The translations under genes and the position numbers were made by a program. A stretch of 64,000 nt of DNA, taken from the sequence record NC_054929.1; one strand, written 5' to 3'. Below, piece by piece: positions 43,053 through 53,759 of this stretch; the first letter of the stretch is position 1, and each line of letters starts with the position of its first letter. The notes under the pieces are model-generated. The model was given only the letters and a program-made list of their open reading frames with translations. It was not told the DNA's origin and did not search any database. The stretch is from Escherichia phage PE37.

Positions 43053-45110
43053 ATGGAACTTATTACAGAATTATTTGACGGCGCTTCGGCGCCGGTTGTT
43101 AACTTAAATCCTAAGCATAAAATACCACAAATTTTTGCTATTCAAGCCGGCGAAGAAAGCGTGCTTCCTGGATTTAGATTTTGTACATACACCTCTGGTG
43201 GTGATACGAATAAAAACGTTAAGCCAGGCGATAAAATGATGCATATCGTAATGATAGGTGTTAATGAGAAATTATCGTTAGTTAAGCTTAAAAACTTGGG
43301 TGGAAATCCAATTGGTGTCATTAATGCGGTTTTTGATACTGCTCTTCAAACAATGAAACAGTATAAAATTGATGCATGTTTATTCCGCGTACTAAAAAGT
43401 AAAACAAATGGCGCAGCTCGTCAAATGCAAGTTATTGCTGACCGTTTAGTACGTACTAAAGGAGCAGGTCGATATGTTCTTTTAAAGGAAATCTGGGATT
43501 ATGATAAAAAGTATGCATATATTATGGTTTACCGTAAAAATGCCAATTTAGAAGACATTCCAGGTGTACCTCCTATTTCAACTGAGTTATTCACAAAAGT
43601 TGAATCAAAGGTTGGTGATGTTTATGTAGACGTTAAAACAGGTAATGCTGTTCCTAAAGCTGTTGCTGTTGCCGCTTCTATTGCTTTAGAAAATGATAAG
43701 CGCACGGATCAAGCTGTTATTCAGAAAACTAAAATTAGTCGTCGATTAGCAGCACAAGCTCAATATTCTACTGTCGATGCTTCACTTCAGGGTGATAGCT
43801 TCGCCGCTAAGAAATATCAAGAGTTTGAATCTAAAGTTCCGGTATATAAAGCAGAAGGACCAATGAACTCTGGCGTTATTCAGATTGGTTCAAACTTCAG
43901 CAAAGGAGCTATCGGTGGTATGAGAAGTGCTTCTCGTTTTAAATCTAATGATTATGAACTAGAAAGTTTCCGAAATCATATTGCATTAGCCCATGCACGT
44001 TTACGCGATCCATCTATCAAGCTGCAGAGCGATACATCATATCAAGGTTCCCAGGAATATTTAAAGAATAAAGACTTCTTTAATTACAAAACTGATAAAA
44101 TTTTAAGCGATCTTGCTGATATTAATATTTCTAATAGTTTTGATGTTATTAAGAAAATTATCAATGATTTAGTTAAAGGTTCTAAAGCTACACCAGATGA
44201 AAAGACAGCTATTATTCAATTTGTAATGAATGGAATTTATAAATTAATTGATGAATCCGCTGCTCAGGCGTATGAATATGCAAGCACTGAAGTAACTCCA
44301 AAAGGATTAACTCAGGCTGAGTCCGATGTAATTGAAGATTATTGTGCAGATTCATATGTTGAAATGAACTCGTTCCTCTTGGGTAAACCAGATTCTACCC
44401 GTGAAGAATACATGGAACGAGCTATTAAACACATCGAGACAATGGATTCTGCCTTTGCCAAAGGATCAGTTCTTCCTCCAGGAACTACGCTTTATCGTGG
44501 ACAAGAAGTTACCTTTAAAACTTTACGTCATAATATTGAAAATAAAATGTTCTACTTCAAGAACTTCGTATCCACATCGCTTAAACCAAATATCTTCGGT
44601 GAGCATGGTAAAAACTATATGGCTCTAGATGATTCCGGTGCAGTATTTTCTGGTGAAGGAGAAGGTTCCGTTGATGCTGAAGATTTAATGCATATGGGTA
44701 GTCATTCTGCTTATGCGAATGAAGATGCTGAAACTAGCGTGGGTATGGTAATAAAAGGAGCTGAGCGAATTAAAGTTATCGTTCCAGGTCATTTATCAGG
44801 ATTTCCATCAGAAGCTGAAGTTATTCTACCGCGTGGAATTTTGCTGAAGATTAATAAAGTGAGTACTTACTTTATGAAAGAAACTGCTTATAACAAGTAT
44901 CTAATCGAAGGTACAATCGTTCCTCCTTCTGAACAATTAGAAGAATCAGTATATGATGGCGACCATCTAATGGAAACTGGTGAAGTTCGTCCAATGGCTG
45001 GATTTAATCAATTCCTTGTAGAAGAATCAAAAGAAGAGGAAAACGAAGTTTCTCAAATCTTAGCTTCTTTGGTTAACATCAACGGAATGTCTAAAAAGTT
45101 CAAGATGTAG
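43053..45110 (+). CDS. second Alt-like ADP-ribosyltransferase paralog
   Basis: 685 aa; N-terminal ~235 aa about two-thirds identical to Alt by eye; divergent middle; retains R (LYRGQ), STS (FVSTSL) and ExE (EAE) motifs; AAGGA SD 6 nt upstream. Confidence 0.8.
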   Translation: MELITELFDGASAPVVNLNPKHKIPQIFAIQAGEESVLPGFRFCTYTSGGDTNKNVKPGDKMMHIVMIGVNEKLSLVKLKNLGGNPIGVINAVFDTALQTMKQYKIDACLFRVLKSKTNGAARQMQVIADRLVRTKGAGRYVLLKEIWDYDKKYAYIMVYRKNANLEDIPGVPPISTELFTKVESKVGDVYVDVKTGNAVPKAVAVAASIALENDKRTDQAVIQKTKISRRLAAQAQYSTVDASLQGDSFAAKKYQEFESKVPVYKAEGPMNSGVIQIGSNFSKGAIGGMRSASRFKSNDYELESFRNHIALAHARLRDPSIKLQSDTSYQGSQEYLKNKDFFNYKTDKILSDLADINISNSFDVIKKIINDLVKGSKATPDEKTAIIQFVMNGIYKLIDESAAQAYEYASTEVTPKGLTQAESDVIEDYCADSYVEMNSFLLGKPDSTREEYMERAIKHIETMDSAFAKGSVLPPGTTLYRGQEVTFKTLRHNIENKMFYFKNFVSTSLKPNIFGEHGKNYMALDDSGAVFSGEGEGSVDAEDLMHMGSHSAYANEDAETSVGMVIKGAERIKVIVPGHLSGFPSEAEVILPRGILLKINKVSTYFMKETAYNKYLIEGTIVPPSEQLEESVYDGDHLMETGEVRPMAGFNQFLVEESKEEENEVSQILASLVNINGMSKKFKM

Positions 45111-45139
45111 TTTACAAGGCCCTCATGTTGTGTTATAGT
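45110..45139 (+). promoter_or_regulatory. early promoter with RBS-complementary arm in the spacer
   Basis: GTTTAC 45110-45115, 18-bp spacer, TATAGT 45134-45139; CCTCATGTTGTG 45121-45132 is the exact reverse complement of CACAACATGAGG 45151-45162, which covers the SD. Confidence 0.55.
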
Positions 45140-45170
45140 AGTCTTACTGACACAACATGAGGAACACAAA

Positions 45171-45461
45171 ATGAAATCTTCTTTGCGCTTTTTAGGTCAA
45201 GAACTCGTCGTTGAAGGCGTTATTCCCGCTGATAACGCTTTCAATGAAGCAGTTTACGATGAATTTATCAAAATTTTTGGAACAGATAAAAAGTTCGGAA
45301 TTTTTCCTTCTGAAAATTTTTCAAAGCCAGAACAGACTGAAAGTATTTTTCAGGGTGTAGTAACAGGTAAATTTGAGTCAGAAGCTCCGGTAAAAATTGA
45401 AGTTTATATTGAAGAAACCTCTGTTGCTTCAGTTGCTGCTTTTATTTCATTCCGTAAATAA
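45171..45461 (+). CDS. hypothetical protein (96 aa)
   Basis: GAGGA SD 45159-45163 then ATG 45171. Confidence 0.55.
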   Translation: MKSSLRFLGQELVVEGVIPADNAFNEAVYDEFIKIFGTDKKFGIFPSENFSKPEQTESIFQGVVTGKFESEAPVKIEVYIEETSVASVAAFISFRK

Positions 45462-45465
45462 AAAT

Positions 45466-45487
45466 ATGGGGACCGAAAGGTCCCCAT
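45466..45487. terminator. bidirectional terminator hairpin between convergent ORF 45171-45461 and gene 54
   Basis: ATGGGGACC-GAAA-GGTCCCCAT with T-rich flanks on both strands. Confidence 0.6.
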
Positions 45488-45489
45488 TG

Positions 45490-46455
45490 TTATATTGCTC
45501 CTAATATTTTACTTTGCGAATTGACAATTCCTGTCATAGTATTAATATTTGAAATGCTTCCTGCAGTTCCCCCTAATCTACTAAGTCGTGAAAGCGAATT
45601 AGATAGTCCAGTAACACCTCCACTATTTCCGAGAACGCTTTGAATACCATTTATAGTAGCAGATTCAAGCCATTCAAGGGCAGCTTGTCTATCAACTGCT
45701 CCAGCCTGCATGACTCTATAAGCGAAAGTAACATCAAATGTAGTTATTTGGTTATCTCCATCATATGATAACTCAGGAGCACTCACAGATATTGGAATAC
45801 AGCCAGTGAACATCACCGCAGTATGTGGTAATCCATTGCGAGAATGAAGATTGACCTGAATATCTGCCTCGACATCTTGCGGTAAAGCACGCAATCCAGT
45901 TACTGGGTCTTGAACAGCGTTAACCCAGTCTTGCATTGCACGATAGTTACAAGCTTCGGAATCCATTCTAAATGAAATAACCAAAGGGTCTAATTCTCTT
46001 CCAGTTATACGAATATTAGGAGAATTATAGTTCCAGTCAGTTTCATAGGATAATCTATTCTCTGGCATTTTTACAGAATATATCATCAATCCAGATGAGT
46101 TATATGCCATGTTAAAGAAGTCAATTAAATATGTACCAACTGTAAATGAGCCTAATAAACTTTGAACTGTACGTTGACTCATGGCACCAATAAGATATTT
46201 ACTAACCCCTGATTTTCTTATCAGTTTTTGTGTGCCAGCGGTAATTAGCGTGGTAATTCCCTGATTAATATCACCTTGAGTTAATCCCAACCAATCTGAA
46301 TTTAGACCCAAGTTATTATAAGCAAAGTTACTAATTGAGCTTATTAACGATGAGCTTTTAGTTGATGGAGTTGTAGCAAAAACACAGCTGAACATATTAT
46401 TACGTTGGAAGTCTGCGTTTATTGCTTGATTATTAAATTCCTCTAAAGAATACAT
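45490..46455 (-). CDS. 54: baseplate tail-tube initiator gp54
   Basis: 321 aa; synteny and length. Confidence 0.85.
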   Translation of the reverse strand: MYSLEEFNNQAINADFQRNNMFSCVFATTPSTKSSSLISSISNFAYNNLGLNSDWLGLTQGDINQGITTLITAGTQKLIRKSGVSKYLIGAMSQRTVQSLLGSFTVGTYLIDFFNMAYNSSGLMIYSVKMPENRLSYETDWNYNSPNIRITGRELDPLVISFRMDSEACNYRAMQDWVNAVQDPVTGLRALPQDVEADIQVNLHSRNGLPHTAVMFTGCIPISVSAPELSYDGDNQITTFDVTFAYRVMQAGAVDRQAALEWLESATINGIQSVLGNSGGVTGLSNSLSRLSRLGGTAGSISNINTMTGIVNSQSKILGAI

Positions 46456-47549
46456 TAGAAAGTCCCCGTATATAAAGAAGCACGGTTTAACGTAATAATC
46501 TCTCTCATAGTAATCTCGAGTGTAAAAGAACTTGGAAGGTTAGGAGCAATAGCTAATCCATTAAAGTTACCATTTGGTGTTTTATCAAATCTAATACTCT
46601 GTATTTGGCATGGACCGAATACTTCAGTCTTTCCATCAAATTTAGAAGTTGCACCAAAGTTTTTCACCATCCAAATTGTCGGGTTTGAAACTACAAGAAC
46701 GTTCGTTAAACTCGATGTCATTTTTTCAAATAACGTCTTGTTTTTAATCGCGTCTTCTGGCGTTAATGGTTCAATAAATGTAGAACGATACCACTCATCT
46801 AAATATCCTTTTATTTCAGCAGCATATTGAGATTTACCAGTTTCACCGTAAGAAAAATAGTTAAAATACTGATAGATATTAATAATAGCCATTAAATCTT
46901 CTGTTGAGCGTGGAGTCAAATCCCAGGTGAACACTTTTGTTCTATTTTCAGCACCGCCATACATACTTCTAGCTGTTGTATAGATCTGTTCATTATTATC
47001 AGCCATTATTCCTTGTGTTATACTTTCAAGCGCGCCAAATACTGCAGTTGAAGCCATATTACTTAATACGCCCGTAGCAGTTCCTCCGCCTTTTGTAATA
47101 AGACTATCTTGAACATCATTAAATCTATGTGATGACGTATCGACGTCAGATTTAGATCTAGGTAAAAGAATATTTGCAACAGGAACTTTACTTATTGTTC
47201 CTGAATTATTATCTGATATTAGTCCATTTGATAGTTTTGATACTGTATTACTGATAGTGTTTCTGGCTGTACGTAAAATACTCGAAGATGAAGAAGAGTA
47301 GTTAGATCTCATCGTTCTAAGACTTCCAGAATCCCTAGATGACATATTGTATGCAGTAAATAATAATCCATTCTTATATAGATCTGTTACCTGGAAGTCC
47401 CCTGTAGTGTCATTACCACTAGCACGCCCAGTTGGAAACTGGGCTGTGTATGTTTTAGTTCCTACTTCTGATTTAGTACTCTGTCCGGCTGAAATTGTTT
47501 CACCGGACTTTTTAATTAAATCAGCAGTTATTTCTTTAACAATTGCCAT
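46455..47549 (-). CDS. 48: baseplate tail-tube junction protein gp48
   Basis: 364 aa; synteny and length. Confidence 0.85.
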   Translation of the reverse strand: MAIVKEITADLIKKSGETISAGQSTKSEVGTKTYTAQFPTGRASGNDTTGDFQVTDLYKNGLLFTAYNMSSRDSGSLRTMRSNYSSSSSSILRTARNTISNTVSKLSNGLISDNNSGTISKVPVANILLPRSKSDVDTSSHRFNDVQDSLITKGGGTATGVLSNMASTAVFGALESITQGIMADNNEQIYTTARSMYGGAENRTKVFTWDLTPRSTEDLMAIINIYQYFNYFSYGETGKSQYAAEIKGYLDEWYRSTFIEPLTPEDAIKNKTLFEKMTSSLTNVLVVSNPTIWMVKNFGATSKFDGKTEVFGPCQIQSIRFDKTPNGNFNGLAIAPNLPSSFTLEITMREIITLNRASLYTGTF

Positions 47550-47557
47550 ATTATTCC

Positions 47558-49330
47558 TTAATTAACTCCCGTCGCGCCAAATACACCAGGAGCAGTTGTG
47601 CTTGTGACAGGTGTCATATTATGAACGACAGTATTTTTCTTAATAACATTATTAGTATTATTGATTGAAGGAGATGCTTGTTGAACAGGAGCTTGTTGTG
47701 CTTTGTTCTTTTCAATCACCTGGACCTGTTTTGCTTCTGGCGATTTAGCAGAAGTTTCAGGTTTTGCTTCAGGTTGATTTTTCTTGAGCTCTTGATAAGT
47801 GGCATCAATTTTAGCAAATCTAGAAGCAAGTTCTTTTTTAACTGCTGGTGAATTATTTAAATCCGGATCATTCATTCGTTTTTTAAGGTCTTCATGAGCA
47901 GCTTCAATTGATTTAACTGTCGAGTCTTTGCTCATATCAGCTGAATCAGCGTATTTTTCAAAACGAATCATCGCAGCACGAGCTTCATTAGCTTTCATTA
48001 AAGCATTTTTTCTTTCTTCCGGTGAAAGTTGTTTTAATTTTTCTTCTTCTGCTGCACGTTCTTCGTCAGTAGTCAATGCTTCTTTATTATCTACACCACG
48101 AATCCAGTTAGATGCACGAGTTTTCCAATTCGCAATTTTGTCTAATCCTTTTGCTAATGGGCCAAGATCATCATTCATTCGTTTATCTTGATAATTTGCT
48201 ACTTTTTCTTGGTCTTCTTTATTAAGAGATGCTCCAGTAGAATTTTGAAAATTTTCTAATGCTCTTCCTTCTACTTCATCAGCAGTATCCTTCATGCCAG
48301 GAATAACTCGAAGAATTGCTGCAGATAATTTAGCCATACCTAATTGAATAAGCTCTCCTAAATTATAAAGAACACTTCCAAGCCCTTCAACAATAGCTAC
48401 TGTTAATCCGCCCCAATCTCCAGCTTCCCAGAACTTTTTAATTTCATCAATAGATTCAAAGATGCTTTGTAATAAAGGACCCCAAGTTCCTGTTTCGCTT
48501 GAGAAAGTTTTAAAATCAGTGCTAAATAAATCCCAGGCTTTTGAAAATTTATCTGACCAGTATTTAAAATGAACCATCAGCAGGTCTATTCCAATAACAA
48601 CAGCCATTATCAATGCAACCATTTTAGCAGCTTCAATAGCAGCACTGACGGTATACTTAAATAGCATGCTAGATATTTTATCAGTAATTGAAATAGATTT
48701 CTTAAATCCGAAATCAACTGTCTTTGTTAATTTATCTAAAGCTTGAGATAATTTTAAGTTAAATGCGTCTCTTTTTTGCTTCTCTTCTGGAGACTCTTGT
48801 TTTGGTTCAATTGGCTGAGGAGTAGGGAAAAAATCAGCATCAGGATCATTATTAACCGCTTCAGGAGCCGGTAATAAAGGACCCACAGATTCAGCTGTAT
48901 CATCCTCGACGACTTTAACAGGAATAGCATTTTCGACTACTGCTAAACTCGTTCCAGTTTGCTGAATTCCAGCTGTCTGAATTTTTTGTTCCAGTAAACT
49001 TGTTAATTTATCTAATTTGCTTCCGAGCGATTCACCGATTTCTTTATTAATATTGTTTCCAATTTCAACAGTTTCAGCAATTAACTCAGAACCAGCAGTA
49101 GTATCACTCACTGCGCTTTCTACATTGTCAATTGCTCCAATTATTTCATTCGATTTTTCTTCAACAGTTTGAGCAATTAATTCAGACGCAGCTTGAGCAT
49201 CATCCAATTTCGTAGATATATCGTTAAGTCCAGATAAAGTGTTAGAAGCGGATTTAGCCGCTTCCTGTGTTGGTTTATTATCTGAAATAACTTTTCTACG
49301 CATCGTTTGCATTTCTTGTGGCTTTTTCAT
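47558..49330 (-). CDS. 29: tail length tape-measure / baseplate hub protein gp29
   Basis: 590 aa; synteny and length. Confidence 0.85.
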   Translation of the reverse strand: MKKPQEMQTMRRKVISDNKPTQEAAKSASNTLSGLNDISTKLDDAQAASELIAQTVEEKSNEIIGAIDNVESAVSDTTAGSELIAETVEIGNNINKEIGESLGSKLDKLTSLLEQKIQTAGIQQTGTSLAVVENAIPVKVVEDDTAESVGPLLPAPEAVNNDPDADFFPTPQPIEPKQESPEEKQKRDAFNLKLSQALDKLTKTVDFGFKKSISITDKISSMLFKYTVSAAIEAAKMVALIMAVVIGIDLLMVHFKYWSDKFSKAWDLFSTDFKTFSSETGTWGPLLQSIFESIDEIKKFWEAGDWGGLTVAIVEGLGSVLYNLGELIQLGMAKLSAAILRVIPGMKDTADEVEGRALENFQNSTGASLNKEDQEKVANYQDKRMNDDLGPLAKGLDKIANWKTRASNWIRGVDNKEALTTDEERAAEEEKLKQLSPEERKNALMKANEARAAMIRFEKYADSADMSKDSTVKSIEAAHEDLKKRMNDPDLNNSPAVKKELASRFAKIDATYQELKKNQPEAKPETSAKSPEAKQVQVIEKNKAQQAPVQQASPSINNTNNVIKKNTVVHNMTPVTSTTAPGVFGATGVN

Positions 49331-49860
49331 TCAAATAATCCAATAATATTGCCAATTCCGGTTATTGGACCATTAGGGCCAGGAATTGCTAAAGTTGTAG
49401 AAATATCATTTGCCCATTTTAAAACAAATGCTGGCATCTCAAGAAAATTAATTTCTTTAACTTCATCGTTGACCTTAAGCAAGCATTTAGATAACATATC
49501 GCTCACCGTTAAAAATTGTTCAAATTTTCCAGGAGGTCTAAAATAAAATGTATTTCCTTGGTATTGAAATTCTAATCTTTGGCACACATAAACATCATTA
49601 ATGTCATAAGTATAACCATCTATTTCTTTACGAGATTTAATCTTTCCATTAAATTCCAATAAATGAATAGAAACGAAATCAACTTCTGCCGGTGATAAAT
49701 TCGGACAAATAGAATCAATAAGAAGTTTTAAATTTTCATCAGGACCTTTAACATCTTTTAAAATGTTATAATGTTTAAGACCCATTTTAGGAATAGAAAC
49801 TTCTTTATTGCTTATTGGAAGAACTACTTTCTTCAGTGGTAGTATCAGATTTAAATTCAT
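49327..49860 (-). CDS. 28: baseplate hub distal subunit gp28
   Basis: 177 aa; synteny. Confidence 0.8.
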   Translation of the reverse strand: MNLNLILPLKKVVLPISNKEVSIPKMGLKHYNILKDVKGPDENLKLLIDSICPNLSPAEVDFVSIHLLEFNGKIKSRKEIDGYTYDINDVYVCQRLEFQYQGNTFYFRPPGKFEQFLTVSDMLSKCLLKVNDEVKEINFLEMPAFVLKWANDISTTLAIPGPNGPITGIGNIIGLFE

Positions 49861-50980
49861 TTTTAACCTTAACTGGGTCTATTGTTTCCAGTTTCGTTGC
49901 ATTAGTGAACATATATAGATGTGTTACTGAATTATTATTGGATAATTCATGGATAACTTCATCAACGTAAAATTCTGTTTTAAATTGGTTTTTACTATCA
50001 TTAAAAATAATTTTAACGCCAGGAGTCAAGTTAAAATTACCGACAGTAGAACATTTAGCATAGCCATCATATTGTGCCATAGTTTGAAGACGAATAGCTT
50101 CTTCATATCCATTTCTATAAGTCATTTCAGAATAAGCACCTGACCTTGACACTACAATAGAGTTTTCACCCTTTCCTGTAGTAATCATTGGCAATGAAGA
50201 ATCCAAAAACGAATGCGCATAGATAGTAGCGTTTTTCATTGGGTCACGTTTGTGAGGATTCGATTTAGTCAACCAAACGAAATCATATGCCAATGGATAT
50301 TTTAATTCTTGGATGAATTGACCTATTAAAGATGGCTCACCGACAATCATTGGATATGGTTCTTGATTTATCATCATATCATAGTCCATCATGTTAACTC
50401 CCATGATGTCTTGCCACACAAATACAAATTTGTCACTTCCTACAGCTAGAGCAACTTCTCTAACATATGACAAATAGTTTTCAAATGTACTAGTCCACGG
50501 AATATCAGGAACATAAGCATTTATAGCATTTATTGCTGGAGTTAATAACGTGCGATCCTGATAAATGACACCAAGCATTTCCTTTATAGATTCACCTGCA
50601 TCAGAGAAAAACGGTCTGCCAAATTTAAGATTTTCTATAGAATGAATAGTTCCCAATTCAATAGCAATGATGTTATCACCCTTTGAATCTACTGACACGG
50701 AAAAATGCTTACATCCATAAATTCGTGTTTTAACATTATTAATATCGTTTGCATTAGCTACAGAAATCTGAATTATTTCATTTCCATCCATTTTTGTATG
50801 AATGTTTTTAGAATCATAAAATTGTAGCATTCCTTCATTTCGACCATAAAGAGAGTCACGCATAGTTAATGTGGTAATAGTAGCAGCTAATTCAACAAAT
50901 CTATTATTACTCCAAGCGTCATAACTCTCAAATAATTTAACGCTGAGATTTGGATATCCAGGACGTTGTAACATACTCAT
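49805..50980 (-). CDS. 27: baseplate hub subunit gp27
   Basis: 391 aa; synteny and length. Confidence 0.85.
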   Translation of the reverse strand: MSMLQRPGYPNLSVKLFESYDAWSNNRFVELAATITTLTMRDSLYGRNEGMLQFYDSKNIHTKMDGNEIIQISVANANDINNVKTRIYGCKHFSVSVDSKGDNIIAIELGTIHSIENLKFGRPFFSDAGESIKEMLGVIYQDRTLLTPAINAINAYVPDIPWTSTFENYLSYVREVALAVGSDKFVFVWQDIMGVNMMDYDMMINQEPYPMIVGEPSLIGQFIQELKYPLAYDFVWLTKSNPHKRDPMKNATIYAHSFLDSSLPMITTGKGENSIVVSRSGAYSEMTYRNGYEEAIRLQTMAQYDGYAKCSTVGNFNLTPGVKIIFNDSKNQFKTEFYVDEVIHELSNNNSVTHLYMFTNATKLETIDPVKVKNEFKSDTTTEESSSSNKQ

Positions 50981-51729
50981 TGATGCTTATCCTTCTCAAT
51001 CAGTTTTAATACGAATCCGCGCTCGGCAGGAATCATTTTCATTATTGAATTTAAGCTATAATTACTTTTTACAAGCGTGTGATTAATTTGATAAAAAGTA
51101 AATATCTCATCTGGATTAACTAATAGCTTAAACACATCTACTATATCAGTGTATTTTTTAATGTACTTATCACAACACGACATGTGCAATGTTAAATTAA
51201 TAGGATTCATTGCATCGAGAATTTTTTCTAATGTTTCTATCTCGATGGCGTCAACAAGTTCTATTTGACTTGATTCACTAATTTCCTTCCAATCATACCA
51301 CATTTCATCTACTTGGACAGAATGAATATTTTCAGTAATCATCTTTGCTTTATTTTCATAAAACTCAGAAGGAAAATTTAATTTAATTTTAACATTAGCT
51401 ACATCAAAAATAGGTTCCTTTAATTCTTTTTGATATATTTCAAATGGAACTGTCTTTTCTTTTTTACATTTTGGACATATGAATGTGACTGGTACTTTAG
51501 TTTTACCTATTGACCCTACAAATACCTGCAAAAATATAAATGGTTGCCAAGTCTTTGGATAGTCTCCAAAATAATCAGCAATTAAATCAGCAATTACTTC
51601 TTTTTGTTCTTGTGGTGACCGATGTTCTATATCGTTTCGAACTAACAAAAAATCTCGATAATCTTCTACCGTAAATGGTTTAAAACGATGAACACCATCT
51701 GGTAATTTACAACGAATAATGTTTGCCAT
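50977..51729 (-). CDS. 51: baseplate hub assembly protein gp51
   Basis: 250 aa; synteny. Confidence 0.8.
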   Translation of the reverse strand: MANIIRCKLPDGVHRFKPFTVEDYRDFLLVRNDIEHRSPQEQKEVIADLIADYFGDYPKTWQPFIFLQVFVGSIGKTKVPVTFICPKCKKEKTVPFEIYQKELKEPIFDVANVKIKLNFPSEFYENKAKMITENIHSVQVDEMWYDWKEISESSQIELVDAIEIETLEKILDAMNPINLTLHMSCCDKYIKKYTDIVDVFKLLVNPDEIFTFYQINHTLVKSNYSLNSIMKMIPAERGFVLKLIEKDKHQ

Positions 51730-51746
51730 AGATGCTCCTTTTATTC

Positions 51747-51754
51747 TATTTATA
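51747..51754 (-). promoter_or_regulatory. late promoter (TATAAATA) for gene 51 operon
   Basis: TATAAATA on minus strand about 18 nt upstream of gene 51 ATG. Confidence 0.6.
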
Positions 51755-51758
51755 AATA
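51751..51758 (+). promoter_or_regulatory. late promoter (TATAAATA) for genes 26-25
   Basis: TATAAATA on plus strand 21 nt upstream of gene 26 ATG; overlaps the divergent gene 51 promoter. Confidence 0.6.
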
Positions 51759-51779
51759 TGATAAATAAAGGAGCTAAAT

Positions 51780-52406
51780 ATGTATGAATACAAATTTGAT
51801 GTGAGAGTTGGTTCTAAAATAATCAACTGTCGCGCATTTACTCTTAAAGAATATCTAGAACTTATTACTGCTAAAAAGAATGGTTCAGTAGAAGAGATTG
51901 TTAAAAAGCTAATCAAAGACTGTACAAATGCAAAAGATTTAAACCGCCAAGAATCAGAACTATTACTGATTCATTTATGGGCGCATTCTCTTGGAGAAGT
52001 TAATCATGAAAACTCCTGGAAGTGCACCTGTGGAACTGAAATACCAACCCATATAAATCTATTACATACACAAATAGATGCACCAGAAGACCTCTGGTAT
52101 ACACTGGGTGACATTAAAATTAAATTCCATTACCCTAAAATTTTTGATGATAAAAATATAGCCCACATGATAGTATCATGTATAGAAACGATTCATGCTA
52201 ACGGTGAAAGCATTCCAGTTGAAGACTTAAATGAAAAAGAATTGGAAGATTTATATTCTATCATCACAGAGTCAGATATTGTAGCTATAAAAGATATGCT
52301 TTTAAAGCCTACTGTTTATTTGGCTGTTCCAATTAAGTGTCCAGAGTGTGGAAAAACTCACGCTCATGTAATAAGAGGACTCAAAGAATTCTTTGAGTTA
52401 CTATAA
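51780..52406 (+). CDS. 26: baseplate hub subunit gp26
   Basis: 208 aa; synteny and length. Confidence 0.85.
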   Translation: MYEYKFDVRVGSKIINCRAFTLKEYLELITAKKNGSVEEIVKKLIKDCTNAKDLNRQESELLLIHLWAHSLGEVNHENSWKCTCGTEIPTHINLLHTQIDAPEDLWYTLGDIKIKFHYPKIFDDKNIAHMIVSCIETIHANGESIPVEDLNEKELEDLYSIITESDIVAIKDMLLKPTVYLAVPIKCPECGKTHAHVIRGLKEFFELL

Positions 52407-52804
52407 TGGCAAATATTAATAAGCTTTATTCTGATATTGACCCAGAGATGAAAATGGATTGGAACAAAGACGTTTCAAGATCACTTGGATTAAGGTCAAT
52501 TAAAAATAGTCTTTTAGGAATTATTACAACAAGAAAAGGTTCAAGACCGTTTGACCCTGAATTTGGATGCGATTTATCTGACCAACTTTTTGAGAATATG
52601 ACTCCTCTTACTGCTGACACAGTTGAGCGTAATATCGAAAGCGCAGTAAGAAACTATGAGCCACGTATTGATAAATTAGCAGTTAATGTAATACCGGTTT
52701 ATGATGATTATACTCTGATAGTAGAAATACGCTTTTCGGTCATCGATAACCCTGATGATATTGAGCAGATAAAACTACAACTGGCTTCCAGTAATAGAGT
52801 ATAA
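52406..52804 (+). CDS. 25: baseplate wedge subunit gp25
   Basis: 132 aa; synteny and length. Confidence 0.85.
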   Translation: MANINKLYSDIDPEMKMDWNKDVSRSLGLRSIKNSLLGIITTRKGSRPFDPEFGCDLSDQLFENMTPLTADTVERNIESAVRNYEPRIDKLAVNVIPVYDDYTLIVEIRFSVIDNPDDIEQIKLQLASSNRV

Positions 52805-52830
52805 TGCTTCACGTATAAACGTGGTATAAT
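52805..52830 (+). promoter_or_regulatory. MotA-dependent middle promoter for uvsY
   Basis: MotA box TGCTTCA 52805-52811, 13 bp, TATAAT 52825-52830. Confidence 0.65.
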
Positions 52831-52870
52831 GAATCTAAGTCCATCCAATAACAATTGAATAGAGAACAAT

Positions 52871-53284
52871 ATGAGATTAGAAGATCTTCAAGAAGAATTG
52901 AAGAAAGATGTGTTTATAGATTCGACTAAATTACAGTATGAAGCAGCTAATAATGTGATGTTATATAGTAAATGGCTTAATAAGCATTCAAGTATTAAAA
53001 AGGAAATGCTTAGAATTGAAGCACAGAAAAAAGTTGCTCTTAAAGCTAAATTAGACTACTACTCGGGACGAGGAGATGGTGATGAATTTAGTATGGATCG
53101 TTACGAGAAATCAGAAATGAAAACAGTTCTATCGGCTGATAAGGATGTTTTAAAGGTTGATACCTCGTTACAGTATTGGGGGATTTTATTAGATTTCTGT
53201 AGCGGAGCTCTTGATGCTATCAAATCACGAGGATTTGCTATTAAGCATATTCAAGACATGCGGGCATTTGAGGCTGGAAAATAA
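52871..53284 (+). CDS. uvsY: recombination mediator UvsY
   Basis: 137 aa; T4 UvsY length and sequence character. Confidence 0.9.
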   Translation: MRLEDLQEELKKDVFIDSTKLQYEAANNVMLYSKWLNKHSSIKKEMLRIEAQKKVALKAKLDYYSGRGDGDEFSMDRYEKSEMKTVLSADKDVLKVDTSLQYWGILLDFCSGALDAIKSRGFAIKHIQDMRAFEAGK

Positions 53285-53508
53285 TGAGATATAACATTGA
53301 TGACGCTTTTAATTATGAAGAAGAATTTGAAACGGAAATTCAATTCTTAATGAAAAAGCATAATCTTAAGCGTCAGGATATTCGTATCCTGGCCGACCAC
53401 CCGTGTGGTGAAGATGTCCTTTATATTAAAGGAAAATTTGCCGGATATCTTGATGAATATTTTTATTCTAAAGATATGGGCATTGATATGCATATGAGAG
53501 TTGTATAA
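53284..53508 (+). CDS. hypothetical protein (74 aa)
   Basis: ATGA-coupled ORF. Confidence 0.5.
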   Translation: MRYNIDDAFNYEEEFETEIQFLMKKHNLKRQDIRILADHPCGEDVLYIKGKFAGYLDEYFYSKDMGIDMHMRVV

Positions 53509-53536
53509 ATAGATATATAATTCAGAGGAGACAATC

Positions 53537-53704
53537 ATGTCAGATAAGATTTGTGTTGTCTGTAAAACTCCAATCGATTCTGCATTGGTTGTTGAAACAG
53601 ACAAAGGTCCTGTACATCCTGGGCCTTGCTATAATTACATTAAAGAACTACCAGTTTCAGAAAGTTCGGAAGAACAATTAAATGAAACACAACTTTTGCT
53701 ATAG
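53537..53704 (+). CDS. small Cys-containing protein (55 aa)
   Basis: GAGGAG SD 6 nt upstream of ATG; CVVCK...H...C possible zinc-binding; followed by hairpin and T-run. Confidence 0.45.
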   Translation: MSDKICVVCKTPIDSALVVETDKGPVHPGPCYNYIKELPVSESSEEQLNETQLLL

Positions 53705-53727
53705 TGTGACCTTTAGTCTATAGTTTT

Positions 53728-53756
53728 GGCCCTTCCTTTTTGGTTGGGCCTTTTTT
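53728..53756 (+). terminator. probable terminator
   Basis: GGCCC...GGGCC stem then TTTTTT. Confidence 0.4.
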
Positions 53757-53759
53757 AAT

